Below are positions 37,506 through 50,842 of a DNA stretch of 64,000 nt, piece after piece (the first letter of the stretch is position 1; every line of letters begins with the position of its first letter). The translations under genes and the position numbers were made by a program. This DNA comes from Phaeosaccion multiseriatum. Taxonomy: Eukaryota; Protista; Ochrophyta, other classes. Under the pieces are notes generated by a model. It did no database searches. It worked only from the letters and a program-made list of their open reading frames with translations, and was not told the DNA's origin. The stretch lies in contig OZ218951.1 in the NCBI GenBank assembly GCA_965112735.1, positions 4,154,001 through 4,218,000 on the forward strand, in the 5' to 3' direction.

Positions 37506-38825
37506 GACGCTGCTGCTGCTTCTCCTACAAAATGCACAGGCTTAGGCTTTGGTAGCCGCAAGAGGCGTGCAAGGGCTGAAGGGCGCGGATGAGGCGTGAA
37601 TTTTCAATTTCAGCCCAGAGGAACCTCCCGGGGCCGACAATCACACAAAACCACATCATCGACACAGAGAGACCACTGACACCACCAAGACAGAACTTCC
37701 CTATTGACAATTACATGCATTTCTCTGCTTACACCGGTATCCCTGACAGCGAACCCTTCATCCGTGGGCTCCGTGTTCGCCTCGGCCCTCCCTCCGAACA
37801 CCTCTCCTTCACGCTGGAGCACCAACACCAACACCAACACCAACGCCAACGCCAAACACCCGCGACACTTCCCCTTGACGCCTGCAGCCGTCTGCCTGCA
37901 ACAGCCCAGCGAGCAAGTAAGCCGGCCCTTCCCCTCCCAACTCCCCTGACCTCCTCATACAGTTGTAATCACTGTGAGAGAGTTTAGCCACGGCAGCATG
38001 ACGACGCGGCACGACGCGCAGTCAACCCCCTACTCCCGCCCGGTCATCAATCAGGCCACCCATCACCCTGAGACGGAGGAAGAGCTGGTGCACTGGTCGA
38101 CCGAGTCCGTCCGCCCGGACAGACAGTCGCAGAACCGAGGAATACGCATCATTCGAAGAAGCCTTGCCCTTGCCCGCCCACCCACCGCCACGTCCAGCTC
38201 CATCTCTGCATTGACAAATCCGTCATTATTTGTGCTGTATACATGTACATGCCCTTGATCATGCCCACACTGCTCAGCACAACAGGGCAGAGAAGCTCCG
38301 GAACCCAAAGATTGCAGAGAATGGGGGGGTTGTATCACCCCCCCCCCCCAAATCGCTGCGCACCATATTAGTTACGGACCTTTCCTGCCCTGTCCTGGTG
38401 AGGAATGTGGGGATGAACTAACCCCCACACGTATACTCGCCAGCTTCCTGCAGAAAACAAAGGCAGGCAGAACGTTGTTGTTCACTAACACCCATCCCTC
38501 CTCCCATCCGTCCCCTCTACCCTCTTTTGCCCGGCCATTCTAGTTGCAGGGATACAGAATGTCCAGCGCTGGGGGTGGGACTCCGGGACGACATGCCCTC
38601 CTCCTCTCCAGCCCCCACACACGAAGGAAGCCCCCACCCGCCCACCCACTGTGTTACAGAGTCTTGCAGTAGGCCCGCCAGCCAGCCTTCGCCCCACAGA
38701 AAGCATGGGGTTGGCGGTGGTAGTGGGGGGGGGCACAGTGGTGGTGGTCGTGGTCTTGGTCTGGAAAAAGGCTAGAAAGGAGGTAAAGTCTCTACTACTT
38801 ACAATGGGTAGTCGGCATTCTCCGA

Positions 38826-38940
38826 CTACACCACAATTTCGACACCGTCCTTGCCAATGACGCTGACCACCTGGATCATGGGGCTGTCCAGCAATGCACC
38901 CTGCAACACGCAGTGTGTTGTACACGAGGAGACAAGAGAG

Positions 38941-38981
<41 letters not shown>

Positions 38982-39015
38982 GAGAGAGAGGAAGACAGAG
39001 ACAGAGGTGAAGCAA

Positions 39016-39046
<31 letters not shown>

Positions 39047-39831
39047 CAGAGAGGTCAATGCCAAAACAGCGCCAGAGTTTTAACGAAAAAGTGAAGAGGT
39101 ACAGCAGGAACAGCAAGAAAGCCTTGCAGACAAAGACAAGAGCGACATGCATCGTCTTATTCCTCTCCCCTCTCAGCGCTCCCGAGGCCTCCTGACCAGC
39201 TGCAGCAAGCAAGCAGTGGGTGTCGCTCAGCCGCGCACCCGATGGCCTTTCCTTTCGGACCTTCTCTCCCCCCCCCTCCCTTCCCTCCCCTTCACCCACT
39301 CACCTTGATTCCCTTGGCAATCGACTTGGGCCCACTGAACACAACCACAACCTCTCCTTGGAAAGCGCTCTTGACGCTCACCTCTCCCTTCATTGCCTTA
39401 ACGGCAGGGCGGATAGGCTCCAGCAGCTGAGAGGAGGAGGAGGGGGGGGGGGGCGGAGGGGATTGATACGAGCGATGGAAGAACGAACATCCCACGAGCG
39501 GGTGCTTTTAACGGGCCGTTACCTATTACAAAACTGCCCGCGTATCGCATCGCATCGGAGCCCGACTGTGAGTACACCACTCTTTTTCTGTTCGGTTTGC
39601 CGTGCCGTTGGCGGTGCAGTCCACCTCCGGCCGTTCCGTCCCTCCCTCCCCTCCTCCCTCCCTCCCTCCTCCCTTCCTCCGCTCCATCCCTCCCTCCCTC
39701 CTCCCTTCCTCCCTCCCTCCCCTCCATCCCTCCCTCCTTCCTCCCTTCCTCCCTCCCCTCCTCACCTGTTCTACGATGTCCAGCGTCACGTCGGACTGAA
39801 CGGGGTCCTCGACCTGCTCCACCCCCCCTGC

Positions 39832-39863
<32 letters not shown>

Positions 39864-41015
39864 TGTGGCGCAATACAAGGCAGCCAGGCGATGCGGTGCC
39901 CAAGGGCGAGAGAAGAGGAAGAGAACAGGAGATCGTAGGCCAAAGAAGGAAGAAAAAAGGCATAGGTTCGTCAGGAGGAGCGGCCGCAGCACTAGGTCCA
40001 GCAGTAGTTGGAGTCGAGGTAGCAGGGTTGCCGAGGTCACTGTGCTACGCAAGTTGGAGCCCCTTGCTTCTCACCCCCCCCCCCCCAACATCCTCGCCCC
40101 GCCCTGCACCGCTCCTCTGCTGGACTGCCCCGTTGATAGAAAGGAAGGGCTCACCGCCTCACCTAGGTCCTTAAAGTTCTCCTTGAGTACTCGCTCGATG
40201 CCCATCTTCATGGTTACGGTGGAGCTGGGGCACGAACCGCACGCTCCCTCCAGCACCAGGGACACAATACGCGTGTCCGGGTCGGCCCCCACCACTCGGC
40301 AGTTTCCCCCATCGGAGATAAGGTAGGGGCGCACCTCGTCCAGCACCTGTTTGGCACCAGCAGTTGGATCAGAAAGACGGCAAGTTGCAGCATTCCCTTT
40401 TGTCTCGATGTATGGGCCGACTACCCATCCGTGCCCTCTGCCCCCCTTTTGATTGGTCCGTGGAGCATAGAGAGGGAGAGGCACATTCCTACGCCCTTCT
40501 CACCTTGTCCACGTTCTCAATAGTGAAGGGTAGGTCCTTGCAGTCTGTCACTTCGGTTTCCACCATGGGCACTGGCGAGACGATCGGCTCGACCACTTCC
40601 ACCCCACCCTGTAAGAGCAGCAACAGGCAAGCATAGCAGCGTTCGTTGGGTGAATCATAGAGAGTGGATTCAGCACATCCCTCCTATGATTCTGCCGCGA
40701 CAAGAAAAGCCTCGCCAATGGATATCTTTTCTGCCGCCTTTCCCTCCTACCCTCCTCTCCTCCCCCCTCTTTCTTGCTCACCTCAGCAGCAAACAGTACC
40801 GCACCCCTTCGCCCAGTAGCAGTGACTGACACAGGTCCAGCAGCGAGAGAGGAAGCCAATGGCAGGGCGGGAGCGCTCCTGCCACGGACGGCTGCTGCTC
40901 CACATGAGGCAGAGCAAGGCGTAGGGAGGGGAGCGAGCGGCACAAAGGCGTGGCTCGAGGTGCTGAGGACGGCGCAGACCAGCAGCGTCGCCACCCCCGT
41001 ACTTGGAGGAGACAT
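38826..41015 (-). CDS. NFU: Plastid NifU-like Fe-S cluster carrier (NFU; catalytic plus degenerate NFU domain)
   Basis: Exons 41015-40782, 40608-40504, 40346-40163, 39827-39766, 39426-39304, 38900-38826. Motifs ENVDK|VLDEVRPYLISDGGN and LEGACGSCPSSTVTMKMGIER.LKE. The second domain (LLEPIRPAV..MKGEV) lacks CxxC. Bipartite leader ..STSSHA-FVP (ASAFAP-like). Confidence 0.92.
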
Positions 41016-41567
41016 GGTCGGATAAGAGAAGAAACGCTACGTGAGGTAAAGGGAAAAAAAAGAAAAAAGGTTTTTGCTCGCTCTCTCGCAGCTGCATACG
41101 ATACGATACGCAGGGGCGGAAACTCACACCCAAATTAATGTTGCCCTATTGTAGCCCTGGGGATCAGACCTTTGAACAAAGGAGCAAAGCAACCGCAGAA
41201 GAAGAGCCACGAGAAGCAGGACGCCGTCGTTTCTCCTAATTCGGTGCTTGCGCAACTCTTGCCCGTGTCCTCCTGTCTGGAGGAACGCAGCAGGGCTAGA
41301 TTGAACGAGGGAAAAGTGGAAACGAAGTAGAGAGGAGGAGAGAAGACAACGCCTACAGCTGGAGCTGTTGGCGAAGGGATCGTCTTTGAAACCCTTCTGC
41401 GGGGAACCTCGACGCCTCGGCAGAGTGTGTCTTTGTGCTGGGCTTGGTGCTTTGCAAAAGCTGAGTGGGGAAATAAAATTGTTGTCCCCACAGCGAGCAC
41501 CGCGACTGGAGGCTGCTCCTCCTTGCTGCTCTTGATTTTGAGGGACTCGACGCAATCGAGTGAAGTC

Positions 41568-44042
41568 ATGTCTATGCCGGCCTCGCCTGGCAGCGGGTCG
41601 GGTGTTGTGTCTGGCGGTGAGAACGTTCAATCTGATGGCTCGTCGGCGGCGCCCCTCTCCCCAGCCACAGTCAAACAGGTAAGGTTGTTTGCTCAGAGGC
41701 TGACTTAGCAGAGGGAGTGGAAGTGCGATACCTTAACCCTTCTTGAAGCTTACGAACGTGAAGGTCTGCCCTGTTGAGGCTTCTCTTCCCCTCTCTTTCG
41801 AAAGCGTCCAGCACCTCCCACCGTTCCCTCTCTTGACACCGTGACACTGACCCCTGCGCACACCTCCTCCGCAACAGGTGGAAAACTACCAGAGGCTTAT
41901 TGATGGCACAAAGAGGCAAATACGGAACGTACGGCAAGGTAAGGGAGGACTGGAAGAAGGGGGTGAATTGGGGGAGGAGAGGGGCGGTCAATTGGGCACA
42001 GCCAGCGAGGAGGAAGGGAGGCAGGGCGGCGACAGATATGAAGCCTGTGAGACCTTCGGCAAGCGTAACCCCACCCCCCCCACACACACACATGCACACG
42101 CACATCTCACCGTACTGAGGGGTGCGTGGTGCTTCCCCCCCGAGTTCTTCGCTGTGGATGTCTTGTATTGCATGCCCACCCCCACACCTCTTTGTTCGCC
42201 TCGCGCCGCCCTTCTCAGTACATAGCCCTACCCTCCCCCTACCCTCCCCCTACCCACCATCCCCCCTCACCCCTGTGATGGTTATGGGGTTTCTCCTCCG
42301 GCACGGACGCGTGACTGACCATGTACCCTCCACCTGCATGTAGGTACGCATGCCGACCTGGAAGGCAAGGAGCTGGTGCTGGAGCAGGCTATGAAACGGC
42401 GGAAACGGGCCGCGGAGGCCGACAGGAAGCACCTCATTAAAAACGCGGAGGAGCTATACCAGTTCGAGACGGAGGAGGCGGAGGCCACCTTCCAATTAGA
42501 GCTCGAACAGGTACGAGCGTGCGTGCGTGCGTTTGTGGATGGGGTGGGGTGGGGGGGTATATCCATTGGGTGAGGGCGGAGTGGAGGGGAAGGTGGCGTC
42601 CTTACAGTTGTTACCCTCGCAATATCGTTCAAAGTCTTTCTCTCTTTCTCGTTCTCTGTTGACGTCTGTTTTTCTCTGCCCGCTCTGGTTCTTTGCCCCT
42701 CTCTCCCCCGCCGCCGCCCCTGCCTAACACTGTGTATCACCAACAGGCGAAGACCGTATTATTAGACGCAGCGGAGCAGGAGATTCGGCGCCTCATCGCC
42801 CTGAGGGACGCTGTCACGCTCACGGCGGAGGAGGAGGCGGCACAGAAGGTACTCTATGGCTTGCTTGGCTTGACTCTGACTTTCTACAGCTCACTCATTC
42901 GCCCCTTGCCCCAAACCATCAAGGCTGTTCTGTTCTGTATTTCTCGCTCCCTCTCGCTTGGATTCCCTTGCTCGCTCGCTCACACGCGGCAACACATATT
43001 CTTTTGGGATGGTCTGCCTTGCCTTTGCATGCCACGCTCGCGCACCCACACCACGCACGCACCCACGCACGCCCCCCCCACAGGTGGAGAATGCGTTGAA
43101 GAGTATAAAGAAGGGTGAGGCCACGACTGCAAAGTGGAAGCGACCGCAAAAGCGACCGAAGCTGGGCGCGGGCAGTGGAGCCGGAGGTGGAGCGGCGAGC
43201 GAAGGAGGGGGAGGAGGGGGGGGCAGCAGCAGGGCTTCCAGTGGTGGAAAAGGATCTGCTGCCGCCGCGGCCGCTGCTGCTGCGGAGGCGTGCATGCCCA
43301 AGGGTATCTCCAAGAACATGTTGACCCTCACAGACATCGAAATGCGCTCAGACTTCCAGGTACGCACGCGCCCACGCACGCACGCACACACGCACTCACC
43401 TATGCATGCCGGGTCGTGATACATTGTTCTTGTGTGGTTCGATGTCCGCATGAGGATGATGACACTGGAGTTCAAGTCACTCCCAACCCCTTTCTTTTCT
43501 GTCGGTAGCCATTGGTAGTTCTGAGCTTCCACTTTGCAGTACAGCAGCGGCAGTTTTTTCATGACATGTCAGCACGCCGTTGTGACCTGATTCTGATTCC
43601 GACTCTGATTCTGATTAATCTCTTCCGCGACCCTCTCTCTGCCCCGCTGCTCCTCTGCCTCTCCTCTCCTCCCCTCCCCTCCCCTCCCCTCCCCTCCCTC
43701 GTTCCCTCCCCCCCCCCCTCTTCCCCTCTTCTCTTTTCCCCTCCCTCCCCTACGGCACAGATGATTTTGCGTGATTGGCGTGAGAGAGCCCTCAAGCACC
43801 TCCAAATAGCAGGCAATGTGCATGCCATACCCGTCAAGGTGCAGCGCGCGGGAGCAGGGGCAGGGGCAGGGGGAGAAGGGATGGCAGCAGATGGGCACCA
43901 GCTGCAGGCTACTGAAACTGCGGCCCCCACTTACTCGACGTTGGAGTACGGCACGGACGGCACCGTCTTTCAGGTAGGGGTCAGAGTCATCATTGACTTA
44001 GAGGAATCAACCTTAGTATAACGCAGTCGTGTCTGAGTGCCT

Positions 44043-44105
<63 letters not shown>

Positions 44106-44630
44106 CGTGTGCGTGTGTGTCCAGGTTGGAGACAGGGTCATCATTGATAGCCGCATCACGGAGGAGGAGTTCTACGGCGAGATCACCGTTATCAAACCTC
44201 TCGAGGTGAGTGAGTGAGGGAGGGAGGGAGGGCGGGAGTGGGTGGGTGAGTCAGTGAGTGGGCGAGTTGAGTGAGTGAGTGAGGTAGTGATTGAGTTGAG
44301 TTGAGGAATGAAGCGATCGATTATAGCAAGCAGTCTTCTTTTCGTTCGTTTGTTCTTTCTTTCTTCCACTCTTCCTCTCTTCCGTGCTTTCCTTGGATTC
44401 TGTTTTCGCATTCTTCCATCCCCCTCTCGGCGCAGCGCATACCCACCCGCCCTGTTGTCTTGATCGTTGTCTCGCATACCCTCATTCCTTCCCTTCCTTC
44501 CTTCCTTCCTTCCTTCCTTCCCTTCTTTCCTTCCCAACAGGTGTTTGTGAGGCTATTAGGGGGCGTCAAAACGAGACTTCATATTGACCACCTCTCCAGT
44601 GGCAGACTGACGCTAAGAAAGGAGGTCTAA
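41568..44630 (+). CDS. SDS3/BRMS1-like Sin3-HDAC complex subunit
   Basis: Exons 41568-41678, 41878-41938, 42344-42510, 42747-42848, 43084-43359, 43761-43973, 44125-44205, 44541-44630, all GT-AG and in phase. N-terminal coiled coil with RQGTH, then LTDIEMRSDF, then a C-terminal Tudor-like FQVGDRVII..FYGEITVIKPLEVFVRLLGGVKTRLHIDHLSSGR resembling the SDS3 C-terminus. Family call is from recall. Confidence 0.75.
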
Positions 44631-44999
44631 CCTACCTGGCCTGTGGCTTGCTACTTAAGACGGAGATGTACTCTCACAATCTCTCAACTAGTCGTGGTTG
44701 GTAGCTTGGTAGCTTGCTTGTTGCTTGCTTGCTTGCTTGCTTAGAAGTAAAAGAGCGTCGGTGCGGTGGTGCACGATGGAGGATGGGGGTGGGCGAGGGG
44801 CTTCCGCTGGCGACGCAGATGGCAAACAATGGCGCACACTGGAGTTGGAGGCTCAGTTCAGTTCAGTGCAGTTCAAGACCGTAACCAATGTCGATCAATC
44901 ACAGGACCCAAGATAATAATATACAGACTGGAGAAAGTGCTTTCTCTAATCGTCCTGGAACGCAGCAACGTAATACCGTCTCAACAAGGTGAAAGAGGG

Positions 45000-45610
45000 T
45001 CTTGTTGCGCTTCTGAAATTCACGTCATTCGCAACGATGGCCCACGAGCCTGGACAGCACTCAAGGAGAAATACGAGACCTTCATGTCCCTGTATGAGTC
45101 CATGTATGTGTCTTGTGTCTCCATGCGGCAGTTTTGCAGTAACTCCCGTAGAGGAGCGCGATGCGTGGCCCATCTGGAGCTGCTCTTGTCCTCTTGCAGC
45201 TGCAGCTTCTACGGAGGCGCAAATCTGAATACATAGCCGTGTTGAAATGTCTGGCATCACCGCCGCGAAGGAGTCGAAGCAGCAGCGGAGCACAAGCTCG
45301 AGCACAGCACTGCCATTCGCAAGAGAGGGAAGGAGGCCAAGGGAGGTATCCATCATCACAGACAGGGTCACAGGGGGCGAGAGAGCATCACCAACATGCA
45401 CACGGATGCAGGGGGGACGCGTCTCTCCTCGCGGGATGCACGGCGCTCCTCCCCGGCCCTCCCTTCCCCATCCACTGCCATCCCTCCGTCTCTCGCCTTG
45501 GCCTTGTCCTTCCTTTCATGGAGACGCTGTGCGTCGCTCCTCGAGAGCTCGGGGAGCAAGTGGCGGACAGAGATGCTCCGTACTCCGAGTGCCGCATCTC
45601 TCTTGCACAA
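45000..45610 (+). mobile_element. Possible decayed Ty1/copia gag fragment
   Basis: Short peptides DGPRAWTALKEKYE and METL...RELGEQVAD resemble copia gag (UBN2-type) motifs. They are in different frames; no LTR or pol seen. Confidence 0.25.
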
Positions 45611-46261
45611 GTGAAGAGATGGATGTATAGGGGAAGGCGCCCGCTGCAATGTCTCCGGTGAACTTGGCGCCTCCCATGTCTCTTCTCTGTCACGGACGGC
45701 AATGCTTTTGCTCTGGTGTTTCCTCGCTGTCACAGACCGTAATACCTCTCCTTTAATGCTTCTTCTCATCGCTGCTGCCAGCGGAGGATGATGGATCCTC
45801 CATCATCCGCACAAGCGCCGAAGGGAGAAGGAATTCATCAAAGAACAGTCGTCGCCAACACCCGTGGAATCATATCTTCCCGACGCCTTCCCAGACTGCA
45901 CCACATTGGCGCAGAGCGTACCACAACACGCCCACTTGTGACACACGTGTGCCGAGAGTGACGGCGCCCCCTCGCCTCTCCAGCACACGGAAGAAGCACC
46001 GCAGTGAGACCCCAATACTGAAGATCATCTGGTGCCATGACGGCCCGCGCGGTTGTTGCCCCTCCCTCTCTCACAGGACTGCGGACACCTTCGGACCGAC
46101 ACAGCCCCACACTCACAAGGCCAGCCGAGGAGTGCAATCCTCATGATGTGGTGAATCTTCTTAGCTCTGACCCCGAGCCAACAAGGGTGCCCTCCCTTGT
46201 CCCCTCCCCCTCCTCCTCCGGGGGCTCCTTTCCCTCTCCCATGCTCTCACTCAGAGCCTCT

Positions 46262-47488
46262 TCAGCGCACCCATGCCCAGTACAACAGGCCGAGGGTGAG
46301 GAGCATCCCTCCAAACACGAGGGCGCGGTCCACAACTTCTCTCCGCTGGGACACGCGCAGCAAGGAGCCGCTCAGCCCCATGATGTTGGCAATGTCCAGG
46401 ACCTTCCGCTGGACGTTCTGTGGACGTGGGTGTGTGTCGGGGGGGAGGCGGGGGGTCAGAAAGGCAACACCCACACACATAGACAGAGAGAGAAAAAAGA
46501 AAGAGGGAGAGAGAGAGGGAGAGAGAGAGCAGTCATGATGGAGTCTACAGATTTGGTTGCAAACGCACGTCATTCAGCAAACGTCAGCAGAGGCGCGCAA
46601 TCTCCAGCCAAGCGACCACGGCAAGACAGAACTTCAGGGCCCCAAGAAGAGGGATACCCGAACATGGAGCACACGTGAAGGCACCTCACCTTGAGTCTAC
46701 TCCTCTGACCGACGAGGCTGGCCAGGTTTGCCTGTCCGGCTTGGATGTACTCTCCCACCATCCTCTGACTACGCAGGATAGAGCAGCCCTCTTCAGCGTA
46801 CTGGTCGATGGTGCCAGCAGACATCGCAGCGCTCCTGTACACGAAAGGAAGGGAGCATAAAGTAGCACAGAAAGGGAGCAGGGAGGGAGGAGCGTCAACA
46901 GCAAACGCGGTACGACGGCTTTTAGGGGGGGGGCTGTATATATCGCAGTCAAGGAGGGAGGGCAGGAAAGGCCTCGGCGAACACACTGTACAGCTTCCAA
47001 GTCTTCTTCATGCTTCAAATTGCCCATTCTTTGGGCGACCAAGATTCATATGGTGATGCCATCATCGTGGTTCTTCCAACGCATACGGCCCTCAGCAGCT
47101 TCTATTGAGTCAAGAGCAGGCACGTGTAACTTGTTCCTGCCCCCTCTTCAGGACCTGCGAACCCTTACCTTCTCGCCAGCAGCTCCTCCCTCTCCCGCAC
47201 CTCTCTCGTCGCCCTAGACTGCCCGTAGTTGTGCTGCTTAAGCTGCTGCTCCAGGAAAGCCTTCTCACTCGAGAGCTCCTTCATCTTTCTGCGCCAATTC
47301 TCCCTTTGCGCGGGTCGCTCCGCATTGGCCAGCGAGTCCAGGATCTTGAGCTGGCGCTTAAGCTCCTCCAGTCCGACTCCGACGTCATCGGCGGAGGCGT
47401 GCCCTCTTTCGACAAAGCCCATCTGTGTCTGCATGTCATGGCACAGCCGCCTTGCGTTTGGAAACAACTCCGCAATAGACACTGTCAT
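46262..47488 (-). CDS. Golgi Qb-SNARE membrin/Bos1/GOSR2
   Basis: Exons 47488-47169, 46834-46690, 46417-46262. Motifs EREELLARR, SNARE LASLVGQRSRLK|NVQRKVLDIANIMGLSGSLLRVSQRREVVDR, and C-terminal TM ALVFGGMLLTLGLLYWAW. Confidence 0.9.
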
Positions 47489-48217
47489 GTTGCTTCTATT
47501 GTCAAGCAGTACTGGGACCGCCGCACCCCGTGGGGCCGTTCACACCCCAGGGAGATATGAATGACTACCTTTCGGAGAGAAGGGAAGGGGATAGGGCGAA
47601 CAGACCGAAGAGGGTGGGCGCGCTCTGGCCAAAGTAGCAGCGAGAGGGAGAGTGCGGACGTGTTTTGCCCTGCTCCTTTGCCTCTATACGCTCCTAGCTG
47701 GCGCAGAGAGGAGCCTGGACAAGTAACAATCCTCAGCACAGCTCCAAAGCATGCAATAGCAAGAGAAGGGTATGTGTGAGGAGCAAGAGCCAAGAGAGTG
47801 AGAGAAGGGGGGAGGGGAAAAGAAAAAAGCAAAAAGCGAGGGAAACGGAGTGGGGGGATGCCCAACTCTGCCTACCTCCTCTGCTGTCGCGGGTTCCATC
47901 CTCTGTGGGGTGCCAAAAAAGCCGTTTGGGATTTACAATAATTTGAGCTCGGATCGACTCAGGGTGTAGAGGAGCAGTTGAGACGCGGAATAGCAGAGAG
48001 AGAGAGAAGTGTGCATCCGGATCGAAGAGGGGACGGGAGAGCGGCCATAGTTGCTGCTGCTGGTCGTGTTTGAGGCAGGAAGAGGAGAGAGCAAGAGGGG
48101 GAGGAGGAAGAGCAGAGGGTGAGTGAGGCCAAGACCTGGCGTTTGTTTTGCCAGTGCTTGTGCTGGTCATTCCCTGCCTGCTCCTGCTGCTACTGACTTT
48201 CCAGCAACTGAGAATAC

Positions 48218-48256
<39 letters not shown>

Positions 48257-48392
48257 CCACTCTTTCTCTCGTCCTCGTCCTCTCTCGTGCACTGAACGAA
48301 GGTGTTTGCTGCTGGTGGGAAGGCGCCACCGAGACCCAGCAGCGGACGTAGCAGTGGCTCCACGAGACTCTTATCGATACTGCAGTAGAACC

Positions 48393-49447
48393 ATGGCGGG
48401 AGATCGGCATGGGTACAATCTTCGTCGGCGCCTGCAAGAATGCGCGGCGCAGGTGCAAACCTCTCGTCTAGATCAGGAGTATGAGAAGCACTCTAGGTGG
48501 TATGCGGAGCGGCTGGCCGCCACCAAGGCAAAAGCAGGTCTCATACAGAAGGAGGCGACGGTGCCAGCGGCTGAAGCACTGGGACCTGTGGTAGCACCGG
48601 CAGGACCGAAGTCGCCAAAGGCCCAGTCACCGATGAGACCAAACCAGCGACGCAGCAGAGCTTTGGGGAGGCTGGACGTGAATACTTTGGCCCAACCCGC
48701 AGACAAAGCTATCACGACTAGATCAAGAAGACCTCCAGCTGTTCCTGTCGCGGTACTGAAGAAGGGAGGGGGAAGGGAGGAGGCGGCGCCAAAGAAGGCA
48801 GGAGGGGAGGAGAGGCCTGTGGGTAGACGCACACGAGCGAGTGTGGCACGTGAAGACGATGAATCGCATCGAAGAGCTCTTGCCGAGGCTCTAACAACCC
48901 CCATGCCTACGCGGGCTTCACGGCGAAGAATTGCTCACGTTGTGAGGGACGAGGAGGAGGACAAGGAGGAGGACGAGCCGGGAGAGGAGGGAGGGGTTGA
49001 AGCCGACCAACCTGGTACAGAGGAAGACTCTATATTAGGAGAGCAACAGCCGGAAGAAGAGGAGCAGGAAGAAGAAGAAGAGCAGCAGGAAGAGGAGGAT
49101 AAGGAGGACCAAAAAGAGGAGGATAACGAGGCTGCACAAGCTGAACCAGCAGGGGCTGTCGAGGGCGATGCAAAGGAGGAGAGAGACGAACAAGAGACGG
49201 CGGAGATAGAGACTGCTCATACCCCCCCTCCTGCTCCTGTGGCGGCTGTAGATCCTGCTGTTCTCGAGGAGATTGCTGCTTTGGAGAGCATAGACAGCTC
49301 TCAAATGAAGGGGGGGGAGCTGCTGGCGGAGCTCAAGAAGCTCTCTGCGCCCACGGGGAAGGGCAAGAAGGCTGACTTGATTGTGCGACTCGATGACGCA
49401 ATCGCCGAACGGCTCAAGGTGTTACACGATACGGTGGCCGCGACCAC

Positions 49448-49484
<37 letters not shown>

Positions 49485-49613
49485 CAGAAGGAGGAGGATG
49501 CACTTGCCGCCGCGGAGGGGGGGGACTTGATGGGACGACAGCAGATGGAGGTCGTCGACGAAGAAGAAGAAGAAGAAGAAGAAGAAGAAGAAGAAGAAGA
49601 AGAAGAAGAAGAA

Positions 49614-49645
<32 letters not shown>

Positions 49646-50809
49646 AGGACTCTCCAAGGAGGATCGCGCCTCCCTCTTGCAACAAGGACAGGAGGAGGAG
49701 GGCAAGGTGCCGTCCGCTGCCTCTGAAGAAGGCTCTGAGGAGAAAGACGCGATGGATGTCTCGGTATCTCCTTCCAAGGAGGAAGAGGCCGCCGCCGGAC
49801 AGACGAACGAGGCGGAGGAGGACGAGGACGAGGTCCCATCGGATGCGCGCCAGGAAGAGCGGGGAGAGGGTATGGGAGATGAAGTCAATGCTGCTCCCGC
49901 TGCTCCTGCTGCTGCTGCTGCTCCCGCTGCTCCTCCTGCTGCTGCCACTTCTGGGCAGGAGGGACAGGGAGGCGAAGACGGTCCTCAGCAAATTGGGCAG
50001 GAAGATCCAGTCGCAGTGGAGGAGGAGGAGGAGAAGAAGAAGAAGGAGGAGGAGGAGGAGGAGGAGGAGGAGGAGGAGGAGGAGAGGCGTGAGGGGGGTG
50101 GTCACCAGAGCGAGGGCGTGCTACCTTCTCAGGCGCAGGTTCACCAAGGAATCGATGGGAAGGGAGGAAAGAAGAAGGAGGAGGAGGAGGAGGAGGAGGA
50201 GGAGAAGGAGGAGGAGGAGGAGGAGGCGAAAGGACAAAGTGGGGAAGGAGGAGGGGAGGAAGAGGAGGATGAAGAGGGGAACGTCCAGTCCGCCGTGGCC
50301 GTCTCTGCCGAGAGTGGCGGAGAAGCAAAGGACACCCACGGAGAGGGAGAGGGGCAGAGAGCGGCCGAACACGCGGGGGCTAACGGTGGTGGGGAGTGTG
50401 AGAGAGGCGTGACGGATGGAGTTGTGGTCGATGAGACAGGCTCTGTTGCTTCTTCTTCAGCCTCCACCTCCAGCCCCAATCACAGCGCCGGCACCAGGAG
50501 CGGGAGTGGGAGCGGCAGCGGCAGCGGTAGCCAAACTCCGACTGTCCCCGTGTTGCGTGCGGTGAGGCGGAGCTCAAGGAAGAAAACTCCGCTGCAGAGG
50601 CAAAATGCGGCTACAGACGAGGAGGAGGGGAAGGAGCAGGAAGAGAAGGGGGCCAGCCAAGAAGCACAGCGGCGGGAGGAGGAGGAGGAGGAGGAGGAGA
50701 AGGCCGCGCAAGGAGGGCATGGGGAGGTGCGGCAGTCATCACCGCCTCAAGAGAGGAGGCCTCAGCCAAGCAACCCGGTCAAGCGGAGAATCGCCGAGAT
50801 TGAGGACAA

Positions 50810-50842
<33 letters not shown>

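Noticed and set aside
37974-38460. Short ORFs and G/C-run hairpins between TIM44 and NFU
   Set aside because: No recognisable domain, splice structure or terminal repeats.
46990-47105. Possible extra exon or snoRNA in membrin intron 1
   Set aside because: The exon reading hits TGA immediately in the required phase, and there is no convincing C/D box pair.
48123-48392. N-terminal extension of the 2039-aa ORF
   Set aside because: Starts at GTG and crosses a (CT)n tract; ATG 48393 has a good context (ACCATGG).
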